Assembly (NCBI RefSeq): GCF_031769215.1 | Contig: NW_026782469.1 | Span: 62,001-126,000, forward strand | Direction of reading: 5' to 3' | Source of the DNA: Ylistrum balloti | Lineage: Eukaryota | Length of the DNA stretch: 64,000 nucleotides | Shown: positions 11,945-25,205 of the stretch, piece after piece | How the letters are laid out: every line of letters begins with the position of its first letter | Position numbering within the stretch: position 1 is the stretch's first letter | Made by a program: the position numbers and the translations under genes | The notes under the pieces: generated by a model | Seen by the model: only the letters and a program-made list of their open reading frames with translations | Databases searched by the model: none | Told to the model about the DNA's origin: nothing

Positions 11945-13349
11945 CTGAAATTATACAAGCATAGTGCAGTTTTAAAAATTGCAACAACCTACCACGGGAT
12001 AACAAAAACACATCTAGACAATTCTAGACAACAGTTGCAGTGAAGGGAACCACAGAACAAGTAAACTGTAACATCCATAGTTGACCAGATTATGTAACAT
12101 AGGCGATTGTTCAAGTTTCTGAACAGATGAAGTGAAGATGTCAAATGTTATTTTAAAGAATATAGATATTGAAACTGGAAACATTGATTATAGATAAAAA
12201 GTCGATGCTATTCTTCTACTTTTCATATACCATATAATTTGTGATTTTTAAATTATATATCCTATATGAATGTAGTAAAACGACTGATGTTTAATATTTC
12301 AGTGTGTGTGGCATCAATAGATAATTCAAATTCCTTTAAACTTTCAAATTATAAAATATAGTTCCAGACGTCAATTTCCATGAGATTCACTCAGAACGTT
12401 TTTATGCAAGGAGAGCTCGATGCTGAACAAAAACGACTTAATAAGTTAATAAGTCCATACGTTAATAAGTGGTTTTGAGGGTATTGTCTTAAAGAATTTT
12501 CTTCAATTACAAGTCTTAAAATTATGCACAAATTCAAAAAAATTGTAGTATTATTCTATAATATCATATTATTCCCTTTTGCCATGAGATTTTTTTTTAA
12601 ATGCAGACAATCGCTTTGACGGTAAAGCTAAAAGATGTTCAAGACAAACTTTTAAAAAAATCTGAGAGATAGCAATATCAACCATCTTACCTAAGTTTAA
12701 CCTCGTTTGTAATTTATGCCGCATCATAAACAACAAATAATCCAGGAATGTGAAAAGCTTCATGAAGCAACACTTCAATTATGTTATCAGTAACTTTAGT
12801 GATATAATCACCAACAAATGAAATATTTTAAAACCTGTCCTTTGACTGAAGCAATAGGACAGTGAAGATGAAAGAAAATTTTACTTTTTCATTGCTTACC
12901 AATTAAGGTAAACATGATTTTCGTGTGATTTATTTACATTTAAATAAAAATAAACCTGATTTAATGGTTGTGTTATTTACTTCATATTTATGTGTACTAG
13001 CTCACACCGGGATGACATCACGAAATGTTGACGGGTTTTGATTTCACTAACAATATTTATTAGATAATGCCAGAAAAGAAAATACCACACTCAGTGGGAT
13101 CCGTTTGCACTTGTCAGTCTTTAAGTATGACTTATTTTGCATTATCAAGTCATTTAAGATAAATTATTTCCATGCTTGTACGAAGCTATTTGTCATCTAC
13201 ATATGTTGTGAATGGTAGAACTAGATAAGGTAACTACTCTTGATATCCTAAAACCGAATTACAGAACTTTCCATAAAAATGAAACTCTGGAGAAATGACC
13301 TCAGTTAATAAACTCTACATCTTCTTTATGACATACGTCATCACAACGT

Positions 13350-13520
13350 GGTAAAAAAAGACAATATGAAACCCACTTTGGTGTACATGTGACAATAGTT
13401 TTAACATATACCGGTAAAAAGACAATACTTAACGCATTAAAGCATACATGTAATTATAGTATTCAAACAAACTGGTAAAAAGACAATATTTAAAACAACA
13501 TGATCAAATGACAATATGTC
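13350..13520. repeat. About 62-bp degenerate tandem repeat, 3 copies
   Basis: GGTAAAAAGACAATA at 13350, 13413 and 13474. Confidence 0.6.
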
Positions 13521-14502
13521 ACTTAACTAGAGACGGTGTTTCTGGCATAATCTGTGAAGTGCAGCCCTTGGTCTAAGCAACTTGTGAGATGAAACATACT
13601 TTGAAGAACTTTGGTCTAATACATAGATACATTTCAAATGACATTCTCGTAAACAAACAATGTTTACACACCCTAGTATAACAGGTCTAAACAAGTTTAG
13701 TTTAAAAAGTCTTCATTTCAGAAGCGTTTTATACTACAGTCGTTTGATAAAACATGCATGAAGGTCTTGTTGTATATTACATATACACTATGTAAGTAAG
13801 AGTATTATTGGTCTAAATACGTATCACATAAAACAAAAATATGTTTATTTATCGTTGTGAAAAACATTATTTCTTTGGAGACTTTCAGCACCTATAACCG
13901 CCAAATTCACATTTTTTCCAAGACAGAGCTAATGCACGCGTGGTTATTGGCGACACTTAAAACAAATACATTGAAAGAAAAAAAAACATTTAAAATAATA
14001 GTAAGATATCACGGTACCGCTCTTAATATGATGAAAATTATAAAAATGACAAAAAATTTAATAGAACTCAAAGCTGAAACTTAAAATAAATAAACCATTA
14101 CGCATACAGCCGCTACTTAGACGACATTGACGCAACACACTGGATGGTCAAGGACCGCAAACAATTCGAATATTGAATGTCGTTTTGTGGCTTTGCGGAT
14201 ATAATAGCACCTCCGTATTTAACAAATAATGCCACTGTTCGATTGTGTGATCGGGTATAAAAAGGATTTTTTTGTCAATGTGTACTTATTTTTGCCAACA
14301 TAAATGCAAAACATAATGTTCGTAATATAAATAATAAGTTATGCAAATGTAAACAACAGGCTGGATGTCTTCCGCCTGCCTTTTCACACTATCACCGGAA
14401 ACCGTGCCTATTGCTAATTTCATCTGGAAGCTTGAACTTCATAACTCAATAGTCAATGAAGAATTTATTCATATCAAAAAGTGGTATAGATAGTGCACTC
14501 AC

Positions 14503-14637
14503 GTTTGCAGAAACGCCCAGTAAAGAGTCCTGTGATTGATGAGAGAGCTTGGACATCCTTAACTTCGAACACGTGCTTGGACGCGGGCTTTGAGGCAATC
14601 ATGGCTAACTCGTCTTTATTGAAGGCGTCTCCAACAC
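14503..14637 (-). CDS. vWA gene exon: vWA2 C-terminal part
   Basis: CTATGTCAG| ... |GTGAGT, 135 nt, phase 1-1. Encodes GVGDAFNKDELAMIASKPASKHVFEVKDVQALSSITGLFTGRFCK. Not in the ORF track. Confidence 0.92.
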
Positions 14638-14897
14638 CTGACATAGACATTTATACCAATTATAGAATAAGTCCTCAAAACTCTTTCAGATGACCATTAC
14701 CGTCTGAGGAGTGTCAACTTGACTTTATTATCGCGCTGTAAATTGATACATGTGATAAAAGAGGTGATAATACATATATTAGTTGAAAAGGTAACGTCGC
14801 AGTTTATTAAGTTAGATTATCGTATTTGTTCTATGAATCCCAATAGATTTGTTGCTGAAGATCATTTTTTTCAAAGTAGAAACGTATATATACTGAC

Positions 14898-15142
14898 CGA
14901 TAGCAAACATGTTGATGTTTCTAGCTCTGTGAATCCTTTCGGCCATTGCCTCGGTCTTGTATGGATCGGTTGAGGCGCCGTCAGTGACAATAACACCTAT
15001 CTTGGCCACACCACTTCTTGCTCCGTTAGCTGGTGCGAACGCTTTGTCAAGCATGTCTTGCAGGGCCAGGTTAGTATAGGTGTCGCCCTTACTCCATGGC
15101 AATTGCATTATCGCTCTTTTCAAACTGTCAGAATCCTGGTAT
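14898..15142 (-). CDS. vWA gene exon: vWA2 middle part
   Basis: ATCTTTAG| ... |GTCAGT, 245 nt, phase 2-1. Encodes RYQDSDSLKRAIMQLPWSKGDTYTNLAL...VIVTDGAS...MFAIG. Confidence 0.92.
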
Positions 15143-15559
15143 CTAAAGATAGTGATAATTGTTTGACTCACCAAGCATTCAACAAGTAGTTAACAGGGCT
15201 TACTTATCATTCGAAATTTTGCATGATGCAAATAGTCAAGATGCATGTACCAAGTTTCAATTCAAGTCTTGCTTAAAAACATTAGATTACAAGCACTTAA
15301 TTCGAAATAATAGAAATGCAAAATATTCACACATATGCTCTCTCGCTTTCCTAACACTTTATACATCACTGTCTCATTAACTGTGAATCCTGAAACACGA
15401 TTACAATATTGAAGTAACTAAAACAAATTGCTTTATCATTACCATTTACAATAACGATATTTATGTCTGTTTGATTGCTTGGCTTGTGGGATGTATATAT
15501 AACGACTCAAGTTATTGATATACCTCCTTCATCAGGAAATCATTTTGATTAAGACTTAC

Positions 15560-15752
15560 CTATTGAGCGGAAACTCAAATGTAGACGTGGTACTGAAAGT
15601 GATCACAGAAATCTGACTATGGTCGCGACCTATAGCAAGGCTGTCAATAACACCGGTGACAAAGTTAAGTTCTTCCATGTAGTTGCTCATTGTCCTGAGA
15701 GATGTCGACTTGTCCAAGATGAACACAATATCGGTGGGACTGGCCTCGCATA
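15560..15752 (-). CDS. vWA gene exon: vWA2 N-terminal part
   Basis: GTTTTTAG| ... |GTAAGT, 193 nt, phase 1-2. Encodes CEASPTDIVFILDKSTS...QISVITFS...FEFPLNR. Confidence 0.92.
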
Positions 15753-18700
15753 CTAAAAACCATTGTAAACAATATTGGTATAACTCAAATTCATCTTGTG
15801 GAAAATTTTGTGTTATAGAAGTATCAGAACAAATAAAAGTTCCTTTCAAAGATATGAAATATTGGATATGATATCATGTAAATGCATTACAGAATTAATG
15901 AGGTGATTTTTACACGTTTAATAGTCGTTCGCGATTTCACTATGAAAATTATTTTTTAGAAGAGAATATTACTTTTGTATTGTATACGACAGGAAACGGA
16001 CAGAGGTTAAAAATTGTTTCAGTTTTCTATCTTAACATTTTTATATATAGTATATAACTACAAAACATATTTGCAATGGTGTGGTAACTGCACTCTGGAG
16101 CGAGTATTGAATTTCTACAAATACAGAATCAGGAAATCGGATATAAAAGAGACAAAAAGATATTCTCGTCTCATCAAAATCATGTTAACATGACTGGTTT
16201 GTGAAATTCTTTATATTTATTCAGATGCAATTTAAAAATGAAGAAATTCTTTACATTGTGTAAGGTTCGATAAATGATTCACATAAATTACATAAATTGC
16301 AGTAAATATAATGTGAATTAATACGCTACCGAAACAGAGCTACATCTATCATTTAACCAACATCACACATAACTAAACCAAACAACATATATATGTCAGA
16401 GTATTATGAGGTCAGAACTCGGGGTTATACTTAGATAGAGTCATAAGTCTCTGACACATGTTTAAGTATTTGTTTACACAGACGATTAATGGAAACTGGC
16501 AAATGATCTCCAAAATTTAATTATAGCCTGTGTGTGTGTTTTAAGTGTGATGCATTGTGATTACTTCTATACACTCCATATTTTGTGACATTTTTGACAC
16601 GGCAGACTGCTGAGAAAGGTGTATATGTTGATACTGGATAAGCATCATATTTACCCATGCAACAACACCTGTAAATGCAACCATGCGACAACTTATAGAC
16701 AATTTCGGATTGAAGACGTTTTTCAATTTACTTTCTACTTGAGAAGAGACTAGTGTGTTGCATAGATAATTTATGCTCCCCACCAACGTTCAGACGAACG
16801 TTCCAACGCGCAAACAGATGCACAAGCTAATGGACACAAAAATGGACACTGCGCTGAAAAAGGGAGATAAAAACAATAGCAACACTTGTCTTCTCTAATG
16901 ATGAAAATCTTGTATCAGACATGACAGAGGTGAAAGGCATTTAAGAGGCAAAAATTGCATACTGGAGTAATGAAAGATAATACTTGAAGATATACAAACC
17001 TCTGACAGTCAGAATAATGTTTGACTAAAAAGCAAATATACCAAGAAAGCCCATATCAATACGACCAGCAGTACGTGTTTATTCTTAAAACGTTGTCTGG
17101 TGTCAAGCTAAGCCGAGTGTACTTTAGCAAATTCATTCCCTATTAACGTGACATCAATACTTTGGAGTAAAAGTATTGTTATCTTTTACATACAACTCGA
17201 ACCCTATGTGAACTGCTGCTTTATGTTATTTATATTATAAATTCCATTGAAAGAATATTTAATAGTATATCGAATACGTTTGTTTATTAACATTATCATT
17301 TTCAATTTATTTTATTCGAATATTTTGATATTCTGATAGTAACAGTAGTATTGAGAGATTAAATTCAAGTCGTATTCTTAACAGAGATAGTGCCGCAGCA
17401 TCATGATATATGTTAAAGGTTATAGTTGACATATTGCTTATGTTATAGATATCACATATTTTTTTTATAAAAGTACATACAACGTATTTCATTGTGTATT
17501 TTTTACTTATCCGAATACAAGAATACTAAGAATTTGGCAGGAAACTTTGAGTACATGATATGATCTAAATATCGAAAATATAGATAGCCAGAGTGTATGA
17601 TCCAAAATGTGATTTAAAAAAACAAACCTGCAAGTGTCAGTAAAAAACATATTTACATGTGTTTTTCTTAATCGCAGAGTTTTAATGAGCTTTTTCATAC
17701 AAATATCGTCTTTCATATATACATAGTTATTTGCTTCTAATGACGTACTTTCCTCAGTAAAGTGTACGTTATCAAATATTTGGAAAGAGTTAAATATGTT
17801 TTAGTTGATGACGCTAGATTATTAATCATCGATATTAATAGAACGTCAAGCCGAAAGCAAAGAGGTGGGTAGGAATCTTACTTATGACAGGTATACAAAT
17901 GTATCCCCCGAAACTATATACACACAAGATATATCATAACATCATCAGTATGTGTATACCGTATGATAACACCATTAGGTAGCACAAATTACTGATAGCT
18001 GACAACACTAGACCGAGGACATTAAGACAGACCCTGTAACGATAAAATGTACTCACAAGAGTTTTATTTGAATTTCTTCTTGTTAAAGTTGAGATTATCA
18101 ATTTTGTGTAACATTTTTAATCCTGTGTGAGAATTACTATCATTTAAACATTAACCTTAATTTTGATATTTTCGTAAAACCAATCCTCGGCGATAAGGAT
18201 CGTGGTCTCTTTAAATGTTGATAAAGATTAAAGTGTTCTAATTTTCAGAATCTGAAAAAAAAAATCATAAATCAAGCCTTTAACAATCTATAATACTAAT
18301 AAGAGAATTTTCCTTCTTCAAATTCGAACCAAACGCCAAGAGTGTAAAAGAATTTAAGATTATTACTTGTTAGGAAGTGGTTCGGTTCAACTCTACACAC
18401 CTTTAATAACAAAATGCCATGCATGTTAAATTTATGGTTATTATTTTCATGTAACTTCGAGAATGAGGAGGGCAAAAAAGGGAGTCATATGGGAAATGTA
18501 AGAAAACAAATTTCGGTAATTTGTTTCCGTTATTGGTCATCAATAACATTAACATTTGATGACAGGAAATCTGCCAGAGAAATCCATTTAATGCTGATTT
18601 CAATGACATGTTTTCGCCTCAATAAAAACTCAATACACAGATATATAAATGTGTAAAATACTTACAACTGTTAATTCTTCTATTTATGCATAACTGTTCT

Positions 18701-21700
18701 CCTAGTGAATATTTCATTTTTCCTCGTTGTCCATAAATAAATATACCGAAGGGAGTTGAACGTCTTAGGATTCATAAACAGGCAAAGGTCATGCTGGCAT
18801 AGTGTTGCCACCCTGTCATATTAACTATGCATGATCTCTTTAATTCGTTTTCACATATAACGGTGCTCAGACATTTAATCCTATTTTGAATAACGCCTCT
18901 TCAATGGTGCACCAAATTAATCACTGTTACGTTGTTAAATATTTTGAATGTCAGATCATAAATAGGACCACCCTGTTCTATACAATAAATCGGACGCCAA
19001 AAAAGATAGAATTTGCAAACCGTTTAATACGATTTCATTTCTTTAGTCCTTGAGCTAACATGCTTTACAGAAGAGTGAAATATGTTTTTTTAGGAAGGCG
19101 CTACCTACCTACACTACACTACACTACACTAGATGCTTTTGAAGGAAGAAAATATATATAGTCAAGATCTTTCATAATGTTGTCGACTTTCATTCAAATA
19201 TCATTTACCGATACTTTTAAATAAACACAAAATGCACTCTCCTAACAAACGGCCGGTTAACGCATGGACATTTAGGATTCTTGAAAACACGCAACATTTT
19301 TCTCTCAACTACTTGTATGTGACATAAATGATACAAACTGGAAAATTTCCATTTGCCGGATTAGCCTGTCGCAAATCACATGAACACTTATGATTCCTAA
19401 TGATACACCTTTTTATAAAGAGCTGGGCGTGGGGTGTTTTTTGCTTGAACGATGACACAAACATGTAAACTACCAATATTGCGGTTTCTGATAATAGAAT
19501 ACCATGTACTTTGCGGAGAATTGGTACATTTATCCACCAAAAGCACAGGCAAAATAACTAAATGGTCACCAAATCATCAAAATATTAGAAAAAGCTTGTT
19601 ATGTTTTGACTTGACCAATGCATTTAAGTGCAGTTACAATTAATCATAAAATGTAAAGTTGTTTTGACTTGACTCTCAACACGTCAAAACATTAAAGAGC
19701 TTATGTAGTGTCGATGGATACATTAATACCATTTCCTAATTCAATATTTGTCTACATCTAAAGTGCATGTATGAGGAATTCGCTCGAGCCGCGCCCCCTC
19801 CCCCCAGGAAAAATAAATAAATGAATAGAAAAAAAACACATAACATACAAAATATATAACATAGTCAACAACACTACATTTCACCATCCAGGAATACATT
19901 TTATTTTGCAGTGTCATGGTTGTTGAAAAAATATATTAAAAACTAAAGCGAAAATACACTGCACTCCGCCTGTCAAATCTACCCCTGTTCTATTTTGCCT
20001 TTAGCTATATCTACATCGCTGCAGATATAGACTGTGATAAAGTAATAAATTAATCTTTAAGGCATTTGTGTGTCGACGTTTGCATAATATTTTTTCTTGA
20101 ATTTCCATTAAAAAATGATAGAAGACATGAATAAATCTGCATATTTATCACAAATAGTTTCCCTTTTCTACTCAAATAAACCTTCAATAGATAAAATGAA
20201 TACTTTAATTGACTTGTAGCATATGCTGTTCATAAACAAGGTTCAAAAATAAATATAGAGGGATTGATGCATTTATATAAATGAGATCTACACAATCCAA
20301 AAAGTAAACTAAAACATACGTAAATAAAAGAATACCTCTATGCAATCATGTCATTAACATTAGCCCCGTTTTATTTAGTAATTTTTTTTTATCTCTGATT
20401 GAGACGGCAAATGAAAGATTGTTATTCTTGATATGCAGGACCATTTGATAACCATTAGCAAATCAATCAGTGCAATGTGATTTTAACGAAAGTCCCAGGG
20501 GCGAAAAACACCGTAATAATTATCATTAGTATCACTATCATCATTGAAAACATCCATCGAGAGGACAACATAATGAGGTTGAATTCATCATCTCACTTCC
20601 GTTTTACTTATTGACTGTTTCATGTTGAAATATGTTATTCATTTCTTTAGCATTTAAACTGTCTTCTGATGTGTCAGTTTTTAATCACTTTCCGAGGCTT
20701 GGTGGCTGTTCGTAGATTAAGGGATGAATAAACATCTTTGCTGTCACAGGAGTTACGGTGTATTCAACGTACATAGACTATGTTGATATATCATTCATGT
20801 ATATATATATATATATTATATATATAATTCCTTTATGAGCCATGACTCAAATCTGTATACTAAAGTTAGACTTGTGAAATGTTGTGATCCACTGGAGAGA
20901 AAATCACACAAACAGATTGGGAGTGACATGAAGTAGCGAGGAAATGTTTTTTTTTTTTTTTCAAAAAAATCACAAAATTACCTACAATGATGCGTATCTA
21001 TATCTGCGATCCCGCCTTTCAGAGAGCAATTGGAATAAAACTCGAATTTGTATCATTTGAAAATCCAAGCAAATCCCGCAAACACAAGGGCTCTTCCACT
21101 GTTATACATTCTACATTAGGTCTAGTCATTCACTGAACAATCAACGAACACTGAGACCAGCATTTCCAGAAATGTGAGCAGACTTTAACATTTCAATAAT
21201 GGCACTATCGAAAGAGCCTAATGTTGATAGTTACGGTCTTCTTATCAAACGTACCCCATTAGAAATTACACAAAAAATCTTATAAGGTAGAGGGCTTTAC
21301 ATGGTCACCTTCACTGACAAAGAATTCATGAGTGGTATCAAGAGGATTTTCAGCCAATATTACCGTTGCTGGATCAATAAATTCTGCGCGTATACTCGTT
21401 TAAGTTATCTGAATTAATCACAGGTATTTCGAATCCTGACTCAACTACAGGTGACCAAGCACTTCAGCATGGAGGGGTTATAGTTTGCCTTTCTAAAAGG
21501 TCTTGTAGTCTGATTTGGCAGAATTTGTCACAGAAAGAAAGATATATAGTACATTTTTTGTCCACCTGACCGGGGTATGTAATCTGGATTTCAGGTTCAT
21601 CATTAGCCCAGAGACATGAATGATCCTCTCATTATCCACCGTAGTATGTAATCAACAGTGTTCACAGACACATATATGTCTTCAGACGTACAGAGATAAA

Positions 21701-24700
21701 ATCTTTAAGATTAAAATCGCTGTAAGCCTTATTTGTGATCGTGAGAAAATGAAGACAGATTTTTGTTTATTTTACAAAATGAATGAATGCATTATTTAGA
21801 TATTCGAAGTATCATTGCTAGTATCACAAGTTTCATGAAAGATACAAAGTAGAGGGTTAGAAGTTGAAGGTTGCGGGAAAATACGAGTAAGTGTTATAAT
21901 TGTCATCACGATCTCATACATGTTGAAAATCAATGATACATTCCCAAAGCAAAGTAGCATCAACAAAATACAACATCAGCGGTATCAGTATTTTGATAAT
22001 TTGACATTTTCGATCGTAAGATAGTTGATAAAAATTCGTTCAGTTGATTTTGAGTTCTTTCAATGCATTTTATCCTAGATATTTGTGCCACTTCAAATAA
22101 ACCTTGAAAGTGTAAAAAAAATGAAATGTTAATGAATCTTCAACTTCAACGATGAGAAATACCTATAAGAGTTACGTCACTTCATGTATCTTAATTTATT
22201 GTAAGTTATGGTGTTGGGGAAACATCGGATAAGACAAATTTTCCTTTGCAATAAAAGCCGTGTTAAAGCTCTGTTATTATCGAAAGGGTGCTTTAATCTT
22301 TTAACAAATTACTATAGCATTAATTAAGGTAGTTGCATACCATGCATGCATATCAGATTGACGTACAGACTGTGTATTCTCTCTTTATAAACTATCTAGG
22401 TTGTTAACCATATCAGTTTGATATATATCTTACGACATCTTGTATGGTTCATGCTCATTCATTCATTTAAGTTGACTTGTGCTCTTTATCAAACCATTAA
22501 TTTTGTAAGTTGTCGATTTTTTAAAATTTCGAAATACCTTCTAATGACACGAGAGCACTCAAAATAGAAACGAATTAGTGTGCGCAGCCTTATTGCATAA
22601 ACACCACTAAAGGCATGACATGATTTTACTAGTCTGATTTATTTACGATCCAGCGGATGTGGCGTCTGTTTCAAAATTTCCCAGAAGACTTTCCTTTTTT
22701 GAGATTAGTTAATACGGTTACCACATATTTATTATTTGATGTTAAATCTAACTGCTAAGTCTGAAACCCAATAAGAAGTTATAGTTTTTTATCGTCAAAT
22801 TACAATAAATGTTCTAGGTTTTTTTTCAAACCTTCCGTATCTAAATGTTATCTTACGGGTGTCAGACAGGTGGTTCAAAGAGACTGGTGAACGAGGCGAG
22901 GATGTCTTCTGCAGTTATTACTAAGGATTCTTATCTAGTAAATAGAAAACAACATCCTCATACATCGACATTTTTAGTGAAATCTACATAAAGTAAAATT
23001 CTATTTTCCGACACATCTATATTGCAATGAAGTATTCTTGTTACAAATAGATTTTTAATGCCACATCCCTTAACGTGTCCATATCGAGGAACGCAATATT
23101 GTTTCATGATATTTCCACACTTCAATTTTCACTTTATTATTATTCTTTTTTTATATTTAAACAATATGATTGCTTATTGAATAATATCTGAATACATATA
23201 TATTCTGTACATCTAGTTAAATTTTAGAACACTAAAGAGTACTTCTTAGGCTGCTAACCACTATAAGATCAGAACAAGTTAAATGACGGCCATCATTGTG
23301 TGTCAGGCTTCACAATTGAGCAATTTATGGCTTCATTTATGAAACTTGATAGCTTATTCAATCATAATGTTACTTAGTAGACCACCTGTTGAGTTGATCA
23401 TAAAATGACAAGGGTCGTTATTTTATACGAGGAGACATCAACACATTTAAAAGGTTACAACTAAAATCACAGTCACAATATACAGATACAATCATACATA
23501 CTGGCATTTTAACTGAAGAACTGTTATATCTTTTCCATACGTTAACCAAAAAACATTGTCTCATAACAGGAAACTATTTACCACAGTAGCCTTGCGTGTA
23601 AAAAGATAAGATTTGTTATATGATAGCAACAGAATAATACGCCTTACAACTTCAATATAAAATGCTTTAAAAACTTTATATGTATTTTTTTTATTCTAGA
23701 TCATGCCAGTGTTAATACGCTGAAATCAGACTTTATTTGCACCAACTCCGCCATAAATAAAAGGTTAACACGGTCAAAATGAGACGGTATTGACAATTAG
23801 TGATGACAGTTTGATAGTTTAGGCATTCTGATTTATTCGACAAGGTTTACCCTTGTTGTTTTGATCGCCCAAAGATATGAATGCGATAACGTCACTAATG
23901 CAAGTAGGTTGCATTTGAAAACCACAGAACAAACAAGACGTGCTGACGTCATCTATATTCTCTGTCAAACAGGATATAGGGCTTTTATTGTTTCAAGCGT
24001 AGCATTTGTTAATTTATGTAAGGAAATTGCTGGAAGTTGAAATAATTTAAACATTTAAAAAGACCTTGTGTATAAAATCAATTCTGAAGAAATATTAAGA
24101 TTGCACGTGTAACTTATTAAAAATTAAGATGATTAATAATCCGTATTGAAATAATTTCATTTTTCTAAAATGAACTATAATTAGTAACATACGAACAGTT
24201 ACCACTAAAACACTTCAATATTCAAATACGAAGTTCCCGATTAATAATATCTTCACTACAAATTTGCCCTAAATCGGTGTAAGGTATATCATATCTGATT
24301 TTTAAAATGACAGTGTTGTTTCGTATAAATGTTATTGTATTTCCATAATTTACACGCAATAAGTATAATTACAAATATGAAAAGAGGATCGAACACCATG
24401 CTAGAACTCAGTATTGTTCTTCCCAATCGATATGTATGTAATATGTCGCCAGATTTACTCCCGTAATTAGTTGTGATCTTGTTGAGATGCTATACAAGTT
24501 AATTTGCATTTGTGCAATCAATAGAAAAGATGCAAAATGTTTATCGATTCGAATATTAAGGTTAGAAACTCAATTATATTGATCAGGTGAAATATCATAT
24601 CCTCCTGTAGGAAAGGCTTGTTTGCTTAAAGTACTTCAATCATAATTAGATAAATGTCCTACTCAGAATTTAAGTACTGTTCCTTAGGTACAATATGTAG

Positions 24701-25160
24701 ACGAGCGCAATACACTTGACCCAAAAATACATAATCGTAAAGAATATACATTACTCACCTATCTATGTTTGGATTTGAAAAAAGAGTACTTATCCAATCC
24801 GTGGTGTCCAGTTGTTGAACTCTATTTACCTTATCCATCTCTTAAATGGACAATTGAATTGGAAAGTATCACACCTTGTACCCATCTATCATCTGTACAA
24901 CAACATATAATTATAATGAGGTCGAAGATATATGTGCTTGTGATGGTATATCTTGGTATGAGAGGACATTTGAACAAACCACTATGAACGGTATTAAAAC
25001 CAAACGTGATTTTAATAAATCGTAATTACACTTTTAAAATACATTTTTAAGGTAGAGGAGGTAGAGGGGGTTACCTGAAAATGCTGAATGTGAACTACAT
25101 GTTTACTTTCCTTTTGATCACTTTAGTTCTCCTAAGTCTCATCCTTGCCTTCAAACTTAA

Positions 25161-25205
25161 GCATCACTGACGAGTCCTAGAGAGTACGTAAAAGCTGCAT
25201 GATGC
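25161..25205 (+). ncRNA. Degenerate minimal type I hammerhead ribozyme motif
   Basis: GCATCA-CTGACGA-GTCC tagaga GTAC-GTAAAAGCTGCA-TGATGC. Perfect 6-bp stem I, intact CUGANGA, 3 of 4 stem II pairs, palindromic AGCT in stem III. Three substitutions versus canonical GAAAC-AGCT-GTA. Confidence 0.6.

Noticed and set aside
16655-16668. 14-nt microexon-like GTGTTGTTGCATGG
   Set aside because: It breaks the phase-1 frame, and no compensating exon was found.
16745-16872. Possible internally deleted HINE
   Set aside because: Only vague terminal resemblance; too degenerate to support.
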